NCBI RefSeq assembly: GCF_004010195.1
Contig: NC_057739.1
Coordinates: 5,879,227-5,943,226 of the forward strand
Reading direction: 5' to 3'
Source: Chiloscyllium plagiosum
Taxonomy: Eukaryota
Length of the DNA stretch: 64,000 bases
The notes beneath the pieces are model-generated. The model saw only the letters and a list, made by a program, of their open reading frames with translations. It ran no database searches and was not told the origin of the DNA. Of this stretch, positions 1-12,560 are shown in pieces. The position numbers and the translations under genes were made by a program. Position 1 is the stretch's first letter, and each line of letters starts with the position of its first letter.

Positions 1-307
1 GCACTGTCCCCATGACTTGTCCTACCTGCCCATCTTCCTTCCCACCTATCCACTCCACCCTCCTCTCTGACCTATCACCTTCATCCCCACCCCCATTCAC
101 CTATTGTACTCTATGCTACTTTCTCCCCACCCACCCTCCTCTCATTTATCTCTCCACCTTGCAGGTACTCTGCCTCTATTCCTGATGAAGGGATTTTGCC
201 CAAAACATTGATTTTCCTGCTCCTTGGATGCTGCCTGAACTGCTGTGCTTTTCCAGCACCACTCTAATCTAGAATCTGGTTTCCAGCATCTGCAGCCCTT
301 GTTTTTA
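1..307 (+). mobile_element. Penelope-like element 3' / pseudo-LTR fragment with decayed hammerhead motif
   Basis: C-rich tract followed by CTGATGAAGGGATTTTGCCCAAAACATT (182-209) and the tail gatgctgcctga..gcttttccagcaccactct..ccagcatctgcag. The same tail follows the GIY-YIG remnant at 47145-47850. Confidence 0.75.
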
Positions 308-494
308 CCTAACACTATGGGCAATTTAGTATGACCAATTCACCTGACCTTCACATCTTTTAGATTGTGGGAGGAAACCCACACAAACACAGAGAGAATG
401 TGCAAACTCCACACAGACTGGAGTGGCTGGAATTGAACCCGGGTCCCTGGTGCTGTGAGGCAGCAATGCTAACCACTGAGCCACCGTGCCGCCC
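308..494 (-). mobile_element. HE1/V-SINE (tRNA-derived shark SINE), internally deleted
   Basis: Reverse complement begins GGGCGGCACGGTGGCTCAGTGGTTAGCATTGCTGCCTCACAGCACCAGGGACCCGGGTTCAATTCC (Pol III A and B boxes), followed by V-domain TGTGTGGAGTTTGCACATTCTC. Confidence 0.85.
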
Positions 495-502
495 TTTCAA
501 GT

Positions 503-758
503 AGATTAGATTTTAGATTACATTACAGCTTGGAAACAGGCCCTTCGGCCCAACAAGTCCACACCGACCCGCAGAAGCGCAACCCACCCATGCCCCTACA
601 TTTACCCCTTACCTAACACTACGGGCAATTTAGCGTGGCCAATTCACCTGAAGTGGACATCTTTGGACTGTGGGAGGAAACCGGAGCACCCGGAGGAAAC
701 CCACGCAGACACGGGGAGAACGTGCAAACTCCACACAGTCAGTCGCCTGAGGCGGGAA
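503..758 (-). mobile_element. HE1/V-SINE, 5'-truncated, with CR1-like tail
   Basis: V-domain plus GGGCCGAAGGGCCTGTTTCC tail and (TCTAA)n end on the minus strand. Confidence 0.85.
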
Positions 759-1419
759 GTACCGTTCACTTCTTTCAATTTGTACTTCGTACTTGCTGCT
801 TATATACTCTCTGGATGACCTGTCGTCAGAACTGGGCAAAGTTATTTGTTAGAGAGGTACTAAACAAGTGATAGGGCAGTGTTAGGAGAAAGCGCAGAAA
901 GGGATGTCTGTGATTGGGTGGGAAACTGGTGAGAATAAACTGCAAAATACTATATGGTGCAAGTTCAAAGGAAGTGGGAGTTGTATGGGGAAAGAACCAA
1001 AAGTTGTGTCTAGAAGAGGGGTGACTCACTGCAATCTAAAAGCAAAAAGTAGCACAAAATGCAAAGGAACATAATGGAGGTTACAGTCTGAAATTGTCAA
1101 ATGCAAAATGAGTCTAGAACAGACCTGGGCACTTTACCGCCCGCGGGCCATATCCGGCCCTTTGGTCGTTCCTGTCGGCCCGCACGAGGTCAATCTTAAA
1201 TTAGAACATAAATGAAAAAGTATTTACGCCACGCACGCAATACAACTGTGTTGCTTTTGTTTTGAAAAGGATCCTTTTTTTTATTTATGTATGGACATAC
1301 ATGCATGTGTATGTGCATGAACAGCTAAAAGTGATGCTTGCTGGCTAGCCCTCAAAATGGTACTTTTGCATTGTATTATACATCAGGAAGTGTTGTGTAA
1401 GTCAGTATTAAAAATTATT

Positions 1420-1476
1420 GAGAGAAAGTGAGGGCTGCAGATGCTGGAGATCAGAGCTGAAAATGTGTTGCTGGAA
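1420..1476 (-). mobile_element. Penelope-derived short element inserted in the hAT transposase, running into an assembly gap
   Basis: gagaaagtgagggctgcagatgctggagatcagagctgaaaatgtgttgctggaa matches the ends of the copies at 4204, 17312-17531 and 18042. Confidence 0.8.
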
Positions 1477-2015
1477 NNNNNNNNNNNNNNNNNNNNNNNN
1501 NNNNNNNNNNNNNNNNNNNNNNNNNNNNNNNNNNNNNNNNNNNNNNNNNNNNNNNNNNNNNNNNNNNNNNNNNNNNNNNNNNNNNNNNNNNNNNNNNNNN
1601 NNNNNNNNNNNNNNNNNNNNNNNNNNNNNNNNNNNNNNNNNNNNNNNNNNNNNNNNNNNNNNNNNNNNNNNNNNNNNNNNNNNNNNNNNNNNNNNNNNNN
1701 NNNNNNNNNNNNNNNNNNNNNNNNNNNNNNNNNNNNNNNNNNNNNNNNNNNNNNNNNNNNNNNNNNNNNNNNNNNNNNNNNNNNNNNNNNNNNNNNNNNN
1801 NNNNNNNNNNNNNNNNNNNNNNNNNNNNNNNNNNNNNNNNNNNNNNNNNNNNNNNNNNNNNNNNNNNNNNNNNNNNNNNNNNNNNNNNNNNNNNNNNNNN
1901 NNNNNNNNNNNNNNNNNNNNNNNNNNNNNNNNNNNNNNNNNNNNNNNNNNNNNNNNNNNNNNNNNNNNNNNNNNNNNNNNNNNNNNNNNNNNNNNNNNNN
2001 NNNNNNNNNNNNNNN
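1477..2015. other. assembly gap (N run)
   Basis: Run of N. Confidence 1.
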
Positions 2016-3317
2016 AATAGTTAACTTCATCAGGGCAAGAGCTTTGAATCACAGGCAGTTTGTTGCACTTTTGGAGGAAAATGAGACTGAACATTGTGAC
2101 ATAGGCTACCACACAGCTGTCAGGTGGCTCAGCCTGGGCAACATGCTGAAAGGTGTATGGGACCTGACAGTAGAGATTCAAGATTTGTGTGTGAAGAAAG
2201 GGAATGGTATTCCACAACTTTCAGATGCAGACTGGATTACAGACCTTGGTTTTGCTGTTGATGTGACTGCACTTATGAATGAACCAAATGTGAAACTGCA
2301 GTGCAAGGGCCTTTTTGTGCCTGAAATATACAACTTGGTGAAGGCTTTTATGAGAAAGTTGCAGCTTCTCTCAAGCCAACATTCTCACCCACTTGCCAAC
2401 ACTGAAGGAAGCCACACCTTCAGCTGATCACCTCCACAGGTACTCATCTATGTTAGAAGCAGTGCATAGTGAATTTTCAAGACCATTTCAAGACTTTAAA
2501 ACGGTTGAGAATGAAATGCACATGATTTTTCCCCATTTACATGCAATGTGGGGAATGCACCTAGTGATGTTTAGTTTGAACTCATTGACCTGCAATCTGA
2601 CACACTTCTGGCGAGTACTTTAGGTCATTCTCACTGTTTCATTTTTACTCTTCCCTCAAAGAGGACCACTTTCCACACATGTGGAGGCATGCTCAGAAGA
2701 TTCTAGTCCTCTTTGGATCTACCTATATATGCGAACAGACATTCTCAGTGATGAAGTTCAACAAATCCAAATACAGATCCTCTATCACTGACGATCACCT
2801 CTCAGCTGTCCTTCGCATATCCACCTCAGACATTCAACCAGATTTCAATGCACTTGTTCAAGCCCAAAACGGACTGGATTTTTCTCACTAAACAAGTAAA
2901 ATGAACTGAAAAACATCAAAAGCACTTACTGCTTTTTGTATAAAGTTGTTTGTTTGTAATACTGAACAATAATGAAACAACTTTTCATTATTGGGTTGTG
3001 AGGTTAACACGTTAAAAATAAAATGAAATACTGAAATTATTGTTTTTACAGTTTATTTCTTCTATATTTGACCTACTCCACAAGTTCATATCTTTATTGT
3101 AACAGAATATCCTTATTCTTTTGATTATAACTTTCAGTGCAAAACTATATAATTTAGTACTTTTTACAATGGGTGAAAACTGAGCAGAATTATGTTCAAT
3201 TTATTGTCGTTTCGGCCTTCCAACACAACTCAGGTTTCTCATGTGGCCCCATGGAAGAATTAATTGCCCACCCCTGGTCTAGAGTGTTGTGAAATAGCCA
3301 GTTGAAAGATATGTAGC

Positions 3318-3570
3318 TGACCAGATATCCTAATCTAATCTAGTCCCATTTGCCAGCACTTGGCCCATACCCCTCTTAAACCCTTCCTATTCAAATACCT
3401 ATCCAGATGCCTTTTAAATATTGTAATTGTACCAGCCTCCACCACTTTCTCTGGCAGCTCACCACCCTCTGTATGAAAAAGTTACCCTTTATGTCCCTTT
3501 CAAATTTTTCCCCTCACCCTAAATCTATGCCCTCCAGTTCTGAACTCTCCACCCCAGGGAAAAGACCTTT
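3318..3570 (-). mobile_element. CR1/HER1 LINE 3' end fragment
   Basis: Reverse of the CR1 ORF2 C-terminus and 3'UTR seen in the other copies (ctaatctagtcccatttgccagcacttggccc...). Confidence 0.75.
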
Positions 3571-4203
3571 GGTATTTACTAATATTTCTAGCATGTTCAC
3601 TTTTAGTTTCTAGCAGCTGCAGTATTTTGCTTTTGTTTCTTTGCAGTAAAGAAACAGGCGCTAATGTTCGATTGCAACATGCTCCCACACTCCCCTTACC
3701 GTCATCCTCTCGAGATATCATACTAATCCTTTCCCAAGTATTTATCGAGCTAATTCTGAATTACAGGACAATAGGATTGTCAGTCCATCGTGCCGGTGTT
3801 ATGTTTTTGGATGTGCTATCGAATTAGACCTCTGCACTTTCCCACAGTCCTGCAAAGATTCCCCTTCATGTATTTATTCAATTCCCTTTTGAAAGTTATT
3901 TTTGAATCTGCTTCAAACACACTAAGGCAGTAAAATCCAAATGCATGCTTTAAAATATATTCATGGGATGCACCTGCAGGCCACCATTTACTGCCCATCT
4001 CAAACTGCCTATAAGAAAGTGGTGATCAGTTGCTATCTTGGACCACTGCAGTCTGTGTGGCTGTGGCTGTGTACTGTTGGGGGAGGGGGGGAGGTGGTGT
4101 TGGGTCTTTGTTTTAATTCAGTGACGGCAAAAAGAAAGTTAGTGTTTCAGGTCAGAAAGATGTCTGACCTGAAGCAGAACTTGCAGGTGGTGTTCCCATT
4201 TGT

Positions 4204-4356
4204 GGAGAAAGTGAGGTCTGCAGATGCTGGAGATCAGAGATGGAAATGTGTTGCTGGAAAAGCGCAGCAGGTCAGGCAGCATCTAGGGAACAGGAGAATC
4301 GACGTTTCGGGCATTAGCCCTTCTTCCGCGCTTTTCCAGCAACACATTTCCATCTC
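4204..4356 (-). mobile_element. Palindromic Penelope-derived short element with 14-bp TSD
   Basis: Flanked by GTGTTCCCATTTGT at 4190-4203 and 4357-4370. Long arm plus a short inverted arm. Inserted in an older L2/CR1-like fragment (~4140-4590, minus). Confidence 0.85.
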
Positions 4357-4980
4357 GTGTTCCCATTTGTCCCTGCAGTCCTTGTTCCTTTAGGTGGTGG
4401 AAGCCACAGGCTTGGAAGTTGTACTAAAGTGGCGAGTTGCTGCAGTGTATCTTGTACACATAGACGCCACTGTGCTGCAGTGATGGAGGAAGCAAGGATT
4501 TAGAATGGTGGATGGGATACCAAGCAAGCAGATTGAGTAATCCTTGACAATATCGAGCTTCTGGAGTATTACTGGAGCCACACGCATCTTTGCTATTCAT
4601 TTCAATAATCTAAGCACATTATGACCACTCTCTGGGTGAAGCAGTTTCTCAGAATTCGATTTATTAGCAACAATCACATGTTTGGACTGGTTTACAGAGA
4701 TGTAGCCAAGATGCACTTACACTCAGTGCTTCTAATGGAGGTAAACACTCTGATCACAATTTGATTGAGAAGGCTCAATTATGTAAAAAAATGTCAGTTT
4801 GCTTTTGATGCTGAAACTAGCAGATTATGACAATAAAATATCTTGGCTCAGACTGCTCAAGTGAAAGAATTAACAGCATCAGATTTCATAGTGATTTTAT
4901 CCCTATATCTCAATATCAAATATAGCAATCACTTTTAACTTCAGAGATATGGGAGATGGAAGTAATTAAACTGTGAGATT

Positions 4981-5313
4981 TTAGAATCATAGAATCCCTA
5001 CAGTGTAGAAACAGGCCATTCAGCCCAACAAGTCCACATCGACCCTCAGAGAAGTAACCCACCCAGACACATTCCCCCAACCCTACCACTCTACATGTAC
5101 CCCTGACTAATGCACCTAACCTACACATCCCTGAACACTATGGACAATTTGTCATGGTCAATTTACCTAACCTTCCCATCTTTGATTTATAGGAGGAAAC
5201 CAGAGCACCCGGAGGAAACCCACACAGACACAGGGAGATGGTGCAAACTCCACACAGTCTCTGGAGGCTGGAATTGAACACTGGTCCCTGGTGCTGTGGG
5301 ACAGCAGTGCTAA
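4981..5313 (-). mobile_element. HE1/V-SINE
   Basis: B-box-like head, V-domain and CR1-derived tail on the minus strand. Confidence 0.8.
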
Positions 5314-5629
5314 CTTGATGTGTAACCTGAGCTCAAAGAACCAGAAATACAGCTTTGAATACTGCAAGTCACTTTGTACGCCTCCTCTTTCCATACAATT
5401 CAGCAGCTGAGACACCCAAGATGCTGCTACTGGCAATAGGAGGTGGGGATAGGGAGAAAATGGGGAAGCACACTCTATTGGCCCAAAGCCAGCAAAATAG
5501 GGATCAGTGTAACCCTTTTGGAGGTGATTTATGCTGCATCAACAAAACACACCAATGCTGTTGATTCACATTGTGTTACTAGTCAATTCTCAATTGTGAT
5601 ATGAAAACACTGGTTAAATGTGGATTCAG

Positions 5630-8000
5630 AAGATGAGAAATACAAATCAGGAGCAAGAGTAGGCCATTCAGCCCCTTCAAGCCTGCTCTAGTATTCAATA
5701 AGATCATGACTCACTTGATCATTCCCAACATCCACATTCTCACCAACCCAGATGACCTTTCACCCACTTGCTTATCAAAAATCTATCCACTTCTATCTTA
5801 AAATTACACTGCGCTTTCACTCTTTTCAGGAAAAGAGCTCCGAAACCGCAGGACAAATTTGCCTACTCTGTTTTAAATAGAACATAGAGCAGTGCAGCAC
5901 AGTACAGGCCCTTCGGCCCACGATGTCATGCCGGGCATTTATCTTAATCTAAGATCAACCTAACCTACATATTTCATGTGCTCGTCCAGCACTCACTTAA
6001 ATGTCCCTAATGTCTCTGACTCTACTACCAACGCTAGCAGTGCATTCCACGCACCCACCACGCTCTGTGTAAAGAGTCTACCTCTGAGATCTCCCCGATA
6101 TCTTCCTCCAATCACCTTAAAATTATGATCCCTCCTGACAGCCATTTCTGCCCTGGGGAAAAGTCTCTGGCTATCTACTCTAACTATACCTTTCATTACC
6201 ATGTAGACCACTATCAAGTCACCTCTCTCCCTTCTCTCCTGTGTTAAAAGCCCTAGCTCACTCAACCTCTCTTCATATGACCAGCCCTCCAATCCATGCA
6301 GCATTCTGGTAAATCTCCTCTGCGCCCTCTCTTAAGTATCTACATCCTTCCTATAATGAAGCAATCAGAACTTAGCACAATATTCCAACTGTGGTCTAAA
6401 CAGGGCTTTACAGAGCTGCAGTAAAACCTCACAACTCTTAACTCAAAGCTCCTGTTAATGAAAGCCAAAACACCATATGCCTCTTAACAACCCTATCAAT
6501 TTGGATGGCAACCTTGAGGCATCTATGTACATGGACCCCAAGATCCCGCTTTTCCTCCACATTGCCAGGAATTCTGTCTTTATCCAGTCTTTACCCCTGC
6601 ATTCAGCATTCAAATTTGACCTTCCACAATGAATCACTTTGCATTTATCCAGGTTGAACTCCATCTGCCACTTCTCAGCTCAGCTTTGCATCCTGTCAAT
6701 GTCTTCTTATAGCTTGCAACAGCCCTTGACACTACAACACTACCGACCTTTGTATCATCAGCAAACTTACTAACCCACCCTTCCCACTTCTTTATCCAAG
6801 CCATTAAGAAAAACTACAAAGAGCAGTGACCCAAGAACAGTTCCCTGCGGACACCACTGGTCACTGACCTGCAGGTGGAATACTTTCCGTCCATTGCCAC
6901 TCGCTGTCCTCTTTTGGCCAGCCAATTCTGTATCTAGCCGGCCAAATTTCCCTGTTTCCCATACTTCCTAACTTTCTGAATGAACCTAGAGTGGGGAACC
7001 TTATCAAATGCCTTACTGAAATCCATTTACACCACATCCACTGCTTGACATTCGTCAACTTGTCTTGTCACATCCTCAAAGAACTGAATAAGGCTGGTGA
7101 GACATGACCTGCCCCTTACAAAGCCATGCTGACTATCTTGAATCAAACAGTCATAAATCCTATCTCTCAGAATCCTTTCCAGTCCCTTGCTTACCACAGA
7201 TTTAAGACTGACTGGTCTGTAATTCCCAGGGATTTCCCTATTCTCTTTCCTGAATAAAGGAACAACAATCACCTCCTTCCAATCATCTGGTATTAGTGAC
7301 ACTAGTTCTAGATTTTCCTACAAGACAAACAACTTTTCTAAATCCCCCTGTCAAGACCCTTCAGGGGTTTATGTTTCAATCAAGTGACCTCAGACTTCTA
7401 AATTCCAGCAGATATAGACATAGCTTGTCCAGTGTTTCCTTATACGACAGTCCCCTATTGCAGGCGTTAGTCAAATAAATCTTCTCTGAACTGCTTCCAA
7501 CACATTTACCTTTCTTCCTTCAGTAAGCTGACTAGTACTGTGTACAATCCTTCAGATACAATCTAGCTGTTGCCTTGTATAATTTCCCTACTTGCTGTAA
7601 CTGCATAGTAAACCTTTGTGATTCATTAGAACACCCAGATCTCTCTGCACCTTAGAACCCTGCAATCTCTCACCATTTAGACAATGCTTTTTGTCATCCA
7701 TTCTGCCAAAATCAAATTTTTCCATATCATAATTACATTTGTACATCTTTGCCTGCTCAATTAACCTATCCATATATTTTCTGTAACTTTCTTCTGTCCT
7801 CTTCACAACTTACTTTCCTACTTATCTTTGTGTCATTAATAAATCTGACAATGTATTGCAACCCTCAGGACATTTATACAAACTGTAAACAGTTGAGGAC
7901 CCAGCACCGATCCCTGTGGCACACATATCTTGCCAACCTAAAATAGACCCATTTACTCCCACTCTCTGCTCCTGTTAGCTATCCATCTTCTATCTTCTAT
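5630..8000 (-). mobile_element. Nested CR1 LINE remnants: a younger RT-bearing copy (~5878-7296) inside an older copy
   Basis: Minus-strand ORF fragments PDDWKEVIVVPLFRK..PGNYRPVSL..QHGFVRGRSCLTSL and RGDLIVVYMVMKG, typical of CR1 ORF2. Confidence 0.85.
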
Positions 8001-8550
8001 TACTGTGTCCAGTTTTGGTCCCCACACCTCAGGAAGGACATACTTGCACTGGAGCGTGTCCAGCGGAGATTCACACGGATGATCCCTGGAATACTAGGTC
8101 TAACATATGAGGAACGGATGAGGATCCTGCGATTGTATTCATTGGAGTTTAGAAGATTAAGGGGAGATCTAATAGAAACTTACAAGATAATACATGGCTT
8201 GGAGAGGGTGGACGCTAGGAAATTGTTTCCGATAGGCGAGGAGAATAGGATCCGTGGACACAGCCTTAGAATTAGAGGGGGTAAATTCAGAACAGAAATG
8301 CAGAGACATTTCTTCAGCCAGAGACTGGTGGGCCTGTGGAATTCATTGCCGCAGAGTACAGTGGAGGTTGGGACGCTAAATGCCTTCAAGGCAGAGATTG
8401 ATAAATTCTTGATGTCACAAGGAATTAAGGGCTGCAGGGAGAATGCGGTTAAGTGGAGTTGAAATGCCCATCAGCCATGATTGAATGGCGGAGTGGACTC
8501 GATGGGCCGAATGGCCTTACTTCCGCTCCTATGTCTTATGGTCTTATCTA
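8000..8550 (+). mobile_element. CR1 LINE 3' portion
   Basis: ORF 8079-8462 (YEERMRILRLYSLEFRRLRGDLIETYKI..WNSLP) and 3' tail gggccgaatggccttacttccgctcctatgtcttatggtcttat. Confidence 0.9.
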
Positions 8551-8989
8551 TGCTACTCACTACACTGTCACCTTTTATTTCCTGCACCTTGGTTTTTGTT
8601 TGAAGGAGCAGTGATCCAAGTGAACAGGAACAAGGGCTACAATGCAATGTATCCAGATCACCGAGGAGGTTCTTAACATTCCACATGGAAGTTTTTTTAT
8701 AACTAAACTCAGAGGTGTAGGGATCCTGGATAAACCTTGGGTATGGATGAAAGGTAATAACTATTGAGGAATTACTTCAAGATGGGGACAATACAAAGTG
8801 GAATATTACAGGATTGAGTGCTGGGATCAAGTGTTTTTAATTTATAATGATTTGGATCTAGAGATCCAATGCAAATTGGTCAACTTTGCAGATGATACTA
8901 AGTAGCATAGTTGGTTCAGGAAAGTAAAATCATTTGGCCAAAAACTGCTAATGGGCAGACTGATAACAAGTGACTTTAAAATAATATAA

Positions 8990-9302
8990 TCATGAGGGGT
9001 AAATAGATAAAGTCTTTTCCCTGGGGTGGGGGAGTCCAGAACTAAAACTAGGGGAAAGATATAAAAGGGATCTAAGGGGCAACGTTTTCACACAGAGGGT
9101 GGTGTGTGTATGGAATGAGCTGCCAGAGGAAGTGGTGGTGGCTGGTACAATTGCAACATTTAAAAGACATTTGGATGGGTATATGAATAGGAAGGGATTA
9201 GAGGGATATGGGCAAGGTGCTAGGTTAGGTTGGGATACCTGGTTGACATGGGCAGGTTAGACCGAAGGGTCTGTTTCCGTGCTGAACATCTCCATGACTC
9301 TA
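8990..9302 (+). mobile_element. CR1/HER1 3' fragment
   Basis: FTQRVV..WNELPEEVV-type sequence and gaagggtctgtttccgtgctg tail. Confidence 0.8.
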
Positions 9303-9849
9303 CGACATCAGAAGTATAAAAATTGTTTCAACTTTTACAGATCACAGGTTAGGACTCAGATAGTAGTGTACAATTCTGGGCACCATGTATCAGGAAAGAT
9401 GAAAGCTAACAATTACCTGAATGGCAGTGGAGACTACAGGATTCAGTAGGTAACATGATTCAGTGTTTACCCATTGTTAAAAAGTCGGTCATTTTGTATG
9501 TGCTTCAATCATCTGTTGTACAGTCTAACAGGGCCGTGCAGCTTGATCTCAGACCTGAATGGCTTTCAGTGTAGCCAAGAATGAATTATCTGATTTTGTT
9601 GGAACCTCTTGGTTCTTCTGGTTTACCTTTTGTCTGTAGCCGCCTGTAATTTTTGTATTTGAAGGAAGCAATGCCACAACGTTATTATTTCTTGTCCATT
9701 TTGTCTCAGTCACTCATTACATGCCAAATGTAGCAAGACTATAGGAAGACGTGATCAGCAAAGAAGATCGTTATTTTCATCACTTAATCAATCAATATCT
9801 GGAGACCGAGGACAGTTTTACAATTGACTTATTTGAGTGATCTGGGGAA

Positions 9850-10185
9850 AGATGTGCTTCAATTCACCAAAGATCCTCAGACAGCACCTTCCAAACCAGC
9901 GACCACTTCCATCTAGAAGGACAAGGACAGCAGGTACTTGGGAACACCACCACCACCTGCAAGTTCCCCTCCAAGCCACTCACCACCCTGACTTGAAAAT
10001 ATACCACTGTTCCTTCACAGTCATTGGGTCAAAATCCTGAAATTCTCTCCCTATTGGCATTGTGGATCAACCCACAGCAAGTGGACTGGAGCGGTTCAAG
10101 AAGGCAGCTCACCACCACCTTTTCAAGGGCAAATAGGGATGGGCTATCAATGCTGGCCAGCCAGCGAATCCACAAATGAATTTAA
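9850..10185 (+). mobile_element. L2/CR1-clade LINE 3' end
   Basis: LRQHLPNQRPLPSRRTRTAG coding remnant and tail ..caccaccaccttttcaagggcaaatagggatgggc. A similar copy lies at ~23540-23840. Confidence 0.7.
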
Positions 10186-10408
10186 AATAATTAAAAGAGC
10201 AAAGCAAACTCTGAAGAATACAGAGAAGTTGAGTATCTTTACATTATAAGCATCCCATTATCCAAATTTTAACCTTCCTAGTTTGTATGAAGATTACATA
10301 GAAATTTAACTGCGATATTCAAAATTATGGAAGGTTTTCAAAATAAATAAAGAAAAACACTGTTTCCAATGACAAGGGTCAAAAGTTATAAGACACAAAT
10401 ATTAGATA

Positions 10409-10723
10409 CAGATAGAAGATCCTTTGAACATCCAAAAACCGAAAAGCTCCAAAATCTGAAGGTTTTTTGTGAAGTTTTTTTCTCACTAACAAGGTTGTTT
10501 GGCGTGCAAACAGTTAACCCAAGTCGACACCCACTCGATGTGTGTCACTCAAATGCAACATGGGGGGGGTGTGGCCAAGCATATTCTTACTTAGAAGTCT
10601 GCTCCTCCAGTAAGATTTTTAAAAACTTCACCATTAAACTGTCACTTATTCTGAAAATTGAAAAATTCCGAATTCCGAAAAACAGCTGGTCCCGAGCATT
10701 TCGGATAAAGGATCTTCTACCTG
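10409..10723. mobile_element. Tc1/mariner (Tigger4/MER46-like) MITE
   Basis: TIRs CAGATAGAAGATCCTTT and AAAGGATCTTCTACCTG, TA duplication at 10407-10408 and 10724-10725. Inserted into a decayed CR1. Confidence 0.8.
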
Positions 10724-10849
10724 TAATTGGCAAAAACAATCCAGCAGCACAATGTGCAGAATATTTTTAATACAAGGTATGGACCTGAAATGAAAGACAC
10801 GAAAGGGCAGTGGAAGGATTTGCAACAGTAACTTTCAAAAAGGAATTAG

Positions 10850-11845
10850 ATAACATATGAATCAGGAGGACTAGGCCACTCAGCACCTTCCGCCTGCTGC
10901 ACCATTCACCAAGGCCATCTACTTACTCCACTTTCCTGCCAAATGCTGATAACCTTTCATCCCCTTCCTTATCAAGGTCCTGTCAACCTCCGCTTAAAAA
11001 TATTCAAGTATGCTGCCCCCACCACCTTTTGACTGAGGGAATTCCAAACAGATTCGACCTTTTGAGAGAAAGGTTTGTCTGACGGGTAACTCCTGACTTT
11101 TAAACAGTAACTCCTAGTTCCAGAGGTGAAAGCATATTTTCAAAGGCCCCTCTGGATCTTGTAGACTTCAGTCAAGTTTCTTTTGAACTTGAGCAGATAC
11201 AAGCCCGGCATCGCCAACCTTTCCTCATAACATACCCATTCCATTCTTAATCCTGTCAACTACGTTTAACGCATATTCATTTTTCCTTAAGGTGACCAAT
11301 ACTGTGCACAGTACACTCCAGATGCAATCTTACCTGTGTCCTTTGTAACTGAAGCAAAATCTCCATATTTTATTCTTAATTCCACTCATAACAAACATTA
11401 TTATACCTTTCCCAATTACTTCCTTTACAACCTTTAGTGATGAATGCATCAGGACACCCAAATCTGTCTAAAGCTCAGAACTCTGCAATCTATTATATTT
11501 GTTTTATCCTTCCTGTCAAAAAAAGAGACAATTTTGCATTTTGCCATACTATTTCATTGACCGAATCAATGCCCCCTTACTTGACCTACCTAATTATTTT
11601 TGTAGCATCTCTACCTTTTCTTCACAACAAACTTTCCTTCCTGCCTTTGCAACATTTGCAAATTTAGTAACCATACTGTCCATCCCTTCATCCAAGTCAT
11701 TGATATAAATTATAAACAGTTGAGGTCTCAGTACCGGTCCCTGCGACACACCACTGATTACATCTCACCAACCTGAATAAAGGTCCATTTATACTTATTT
11801 TCTGTTTCCTGCTAGCCAGCCAATCTTCCATCCATGCTCATATGC
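10850..11845 (-). mobile_element. Old decayed CR1 LINE
   Basis: Degenerate reverse CR1 3'UTR and RT-region sequence (cccttcatccaagtcattgatataaat..ggtccctgcgacacaccactg). Confidence 0.65.
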
Positions 11846-11926
11846 TATCACATGTGCTAGATGGAGTTGGATATTTTATTATCCACTATTGCTCACAGGT
11901 AGAACTTGTACCTCTGTATATCTCAC

Positions 11927-12057
11927 CTGCCACTGCTCGGCCTCCTGCATCTGTTGTCGGAACACGCCATCAGCTCCGTCGCTCTCGGTTATATTCCTAT
12001 CACTCTCCAGCACCGGGAGCAGGTACTGAGAGGGAGGCATATACTCGATTCCAAGCT
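11927..12057 (-). CDS. LRSAM1: LRSAM1 coding exon 9: (E)LGIEYMPPSQYLLPVLESDRN..EAEQWQ
   Basis: AG/GT boundaries, 131 nt, phase-compatible with exon 8. Matches the human ESGLEYYPPSQYLLPILE..EWQ segment. Confidence 0.93.
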
Positions 12058-12329
12058 CTGGAATGGAAACAGAAATCCCAGGCTGATCCTGCTGTGCCCA
12101 GAGGAAGGTCCACACTATGAATATTATAAACCTGCTCCTTTTCACTAATATCTCCAGATAGCCAGTAAATAGTACCCTAATGATTTCATTGTGTAGAATC
12201 ATTCCATTTTCAACTCCTTGAATACACAGATACATATGGGGGGGCAGGACAGGAGGGTGTTCAAGTCCACTTTATTATCACCCTGGCATTCAGCATTCCT
12301 ATAGGTTAAGATTGGAGGAATGATCTTAA

Positions 12330-12560
12330 AAAGGAACTCACATTTATAGAGCACCTTTAACAACCTCAATGTTTCATAGCCCTTCCCAGCCAAACCTTGC
12401 TGCCAGAAATATAACATCCCAGAAACAGGAATATGAAGAAGATCAGATTATCATGATTGTTTTCTTAAAGAGATGTTGGTTCAGGAATAACCATTGACCA
12501 GGTCACCAGGGAGAAAACCATTACCTTTCTTTGAAATTTTACCTCATCCAAGTAAAGGGA
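12330..12560 (-). mobile_element. Deu-domain SINE (SacSINE1/AmnSINE1-like) relic
   Basis: catttatagagcaccttt..gatgttggttcaggaataaccattgaccaggtcaccagggag resembles the reverse Deu-SINE consensus. Confidence 0.6.

Larger units (their letters stand above)
1120..3276 (+). mobile_element. hAT DNA transposon (Charlie/Buster/SPIN, GTF2IRD2-like), internally deleted, with pseudogenised transposase
   Basis: Imperfect TIRs CAGACCTGGGCA (1120) and TGCCCACCCCTG (ending 3276). 8-bp TSD GTCTAGAA/GTCTAGAG (1112-1119, 3277-3284) matches the NTCTAGAN preference. Transposase motifs HCIIHQEVLC (~1368), VNFIRARALNHRQF, VRWLS and FGSTYICEQTFSVMK, broken by frameshifts. Confidence 0.9.

Noticed and set aside
1383-2217. 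Long ORFs spanning N runs (also 43959-44314 and 46676-47668)
   Set aside because: Their length comes from assembly gaps. Flanking parts are transposon remnants.
760-11900. Further LRSAM1 exons (expected ~30-nt NRFSDYEKRK-like exon). Candidates examined at ~763-819, ~3700-3755 and ~5350-5407.
   Set aside because: Wrong phase, in-frame stops or no similarity. The next exon is probably outside the window, in the gap, or too diverged to see.
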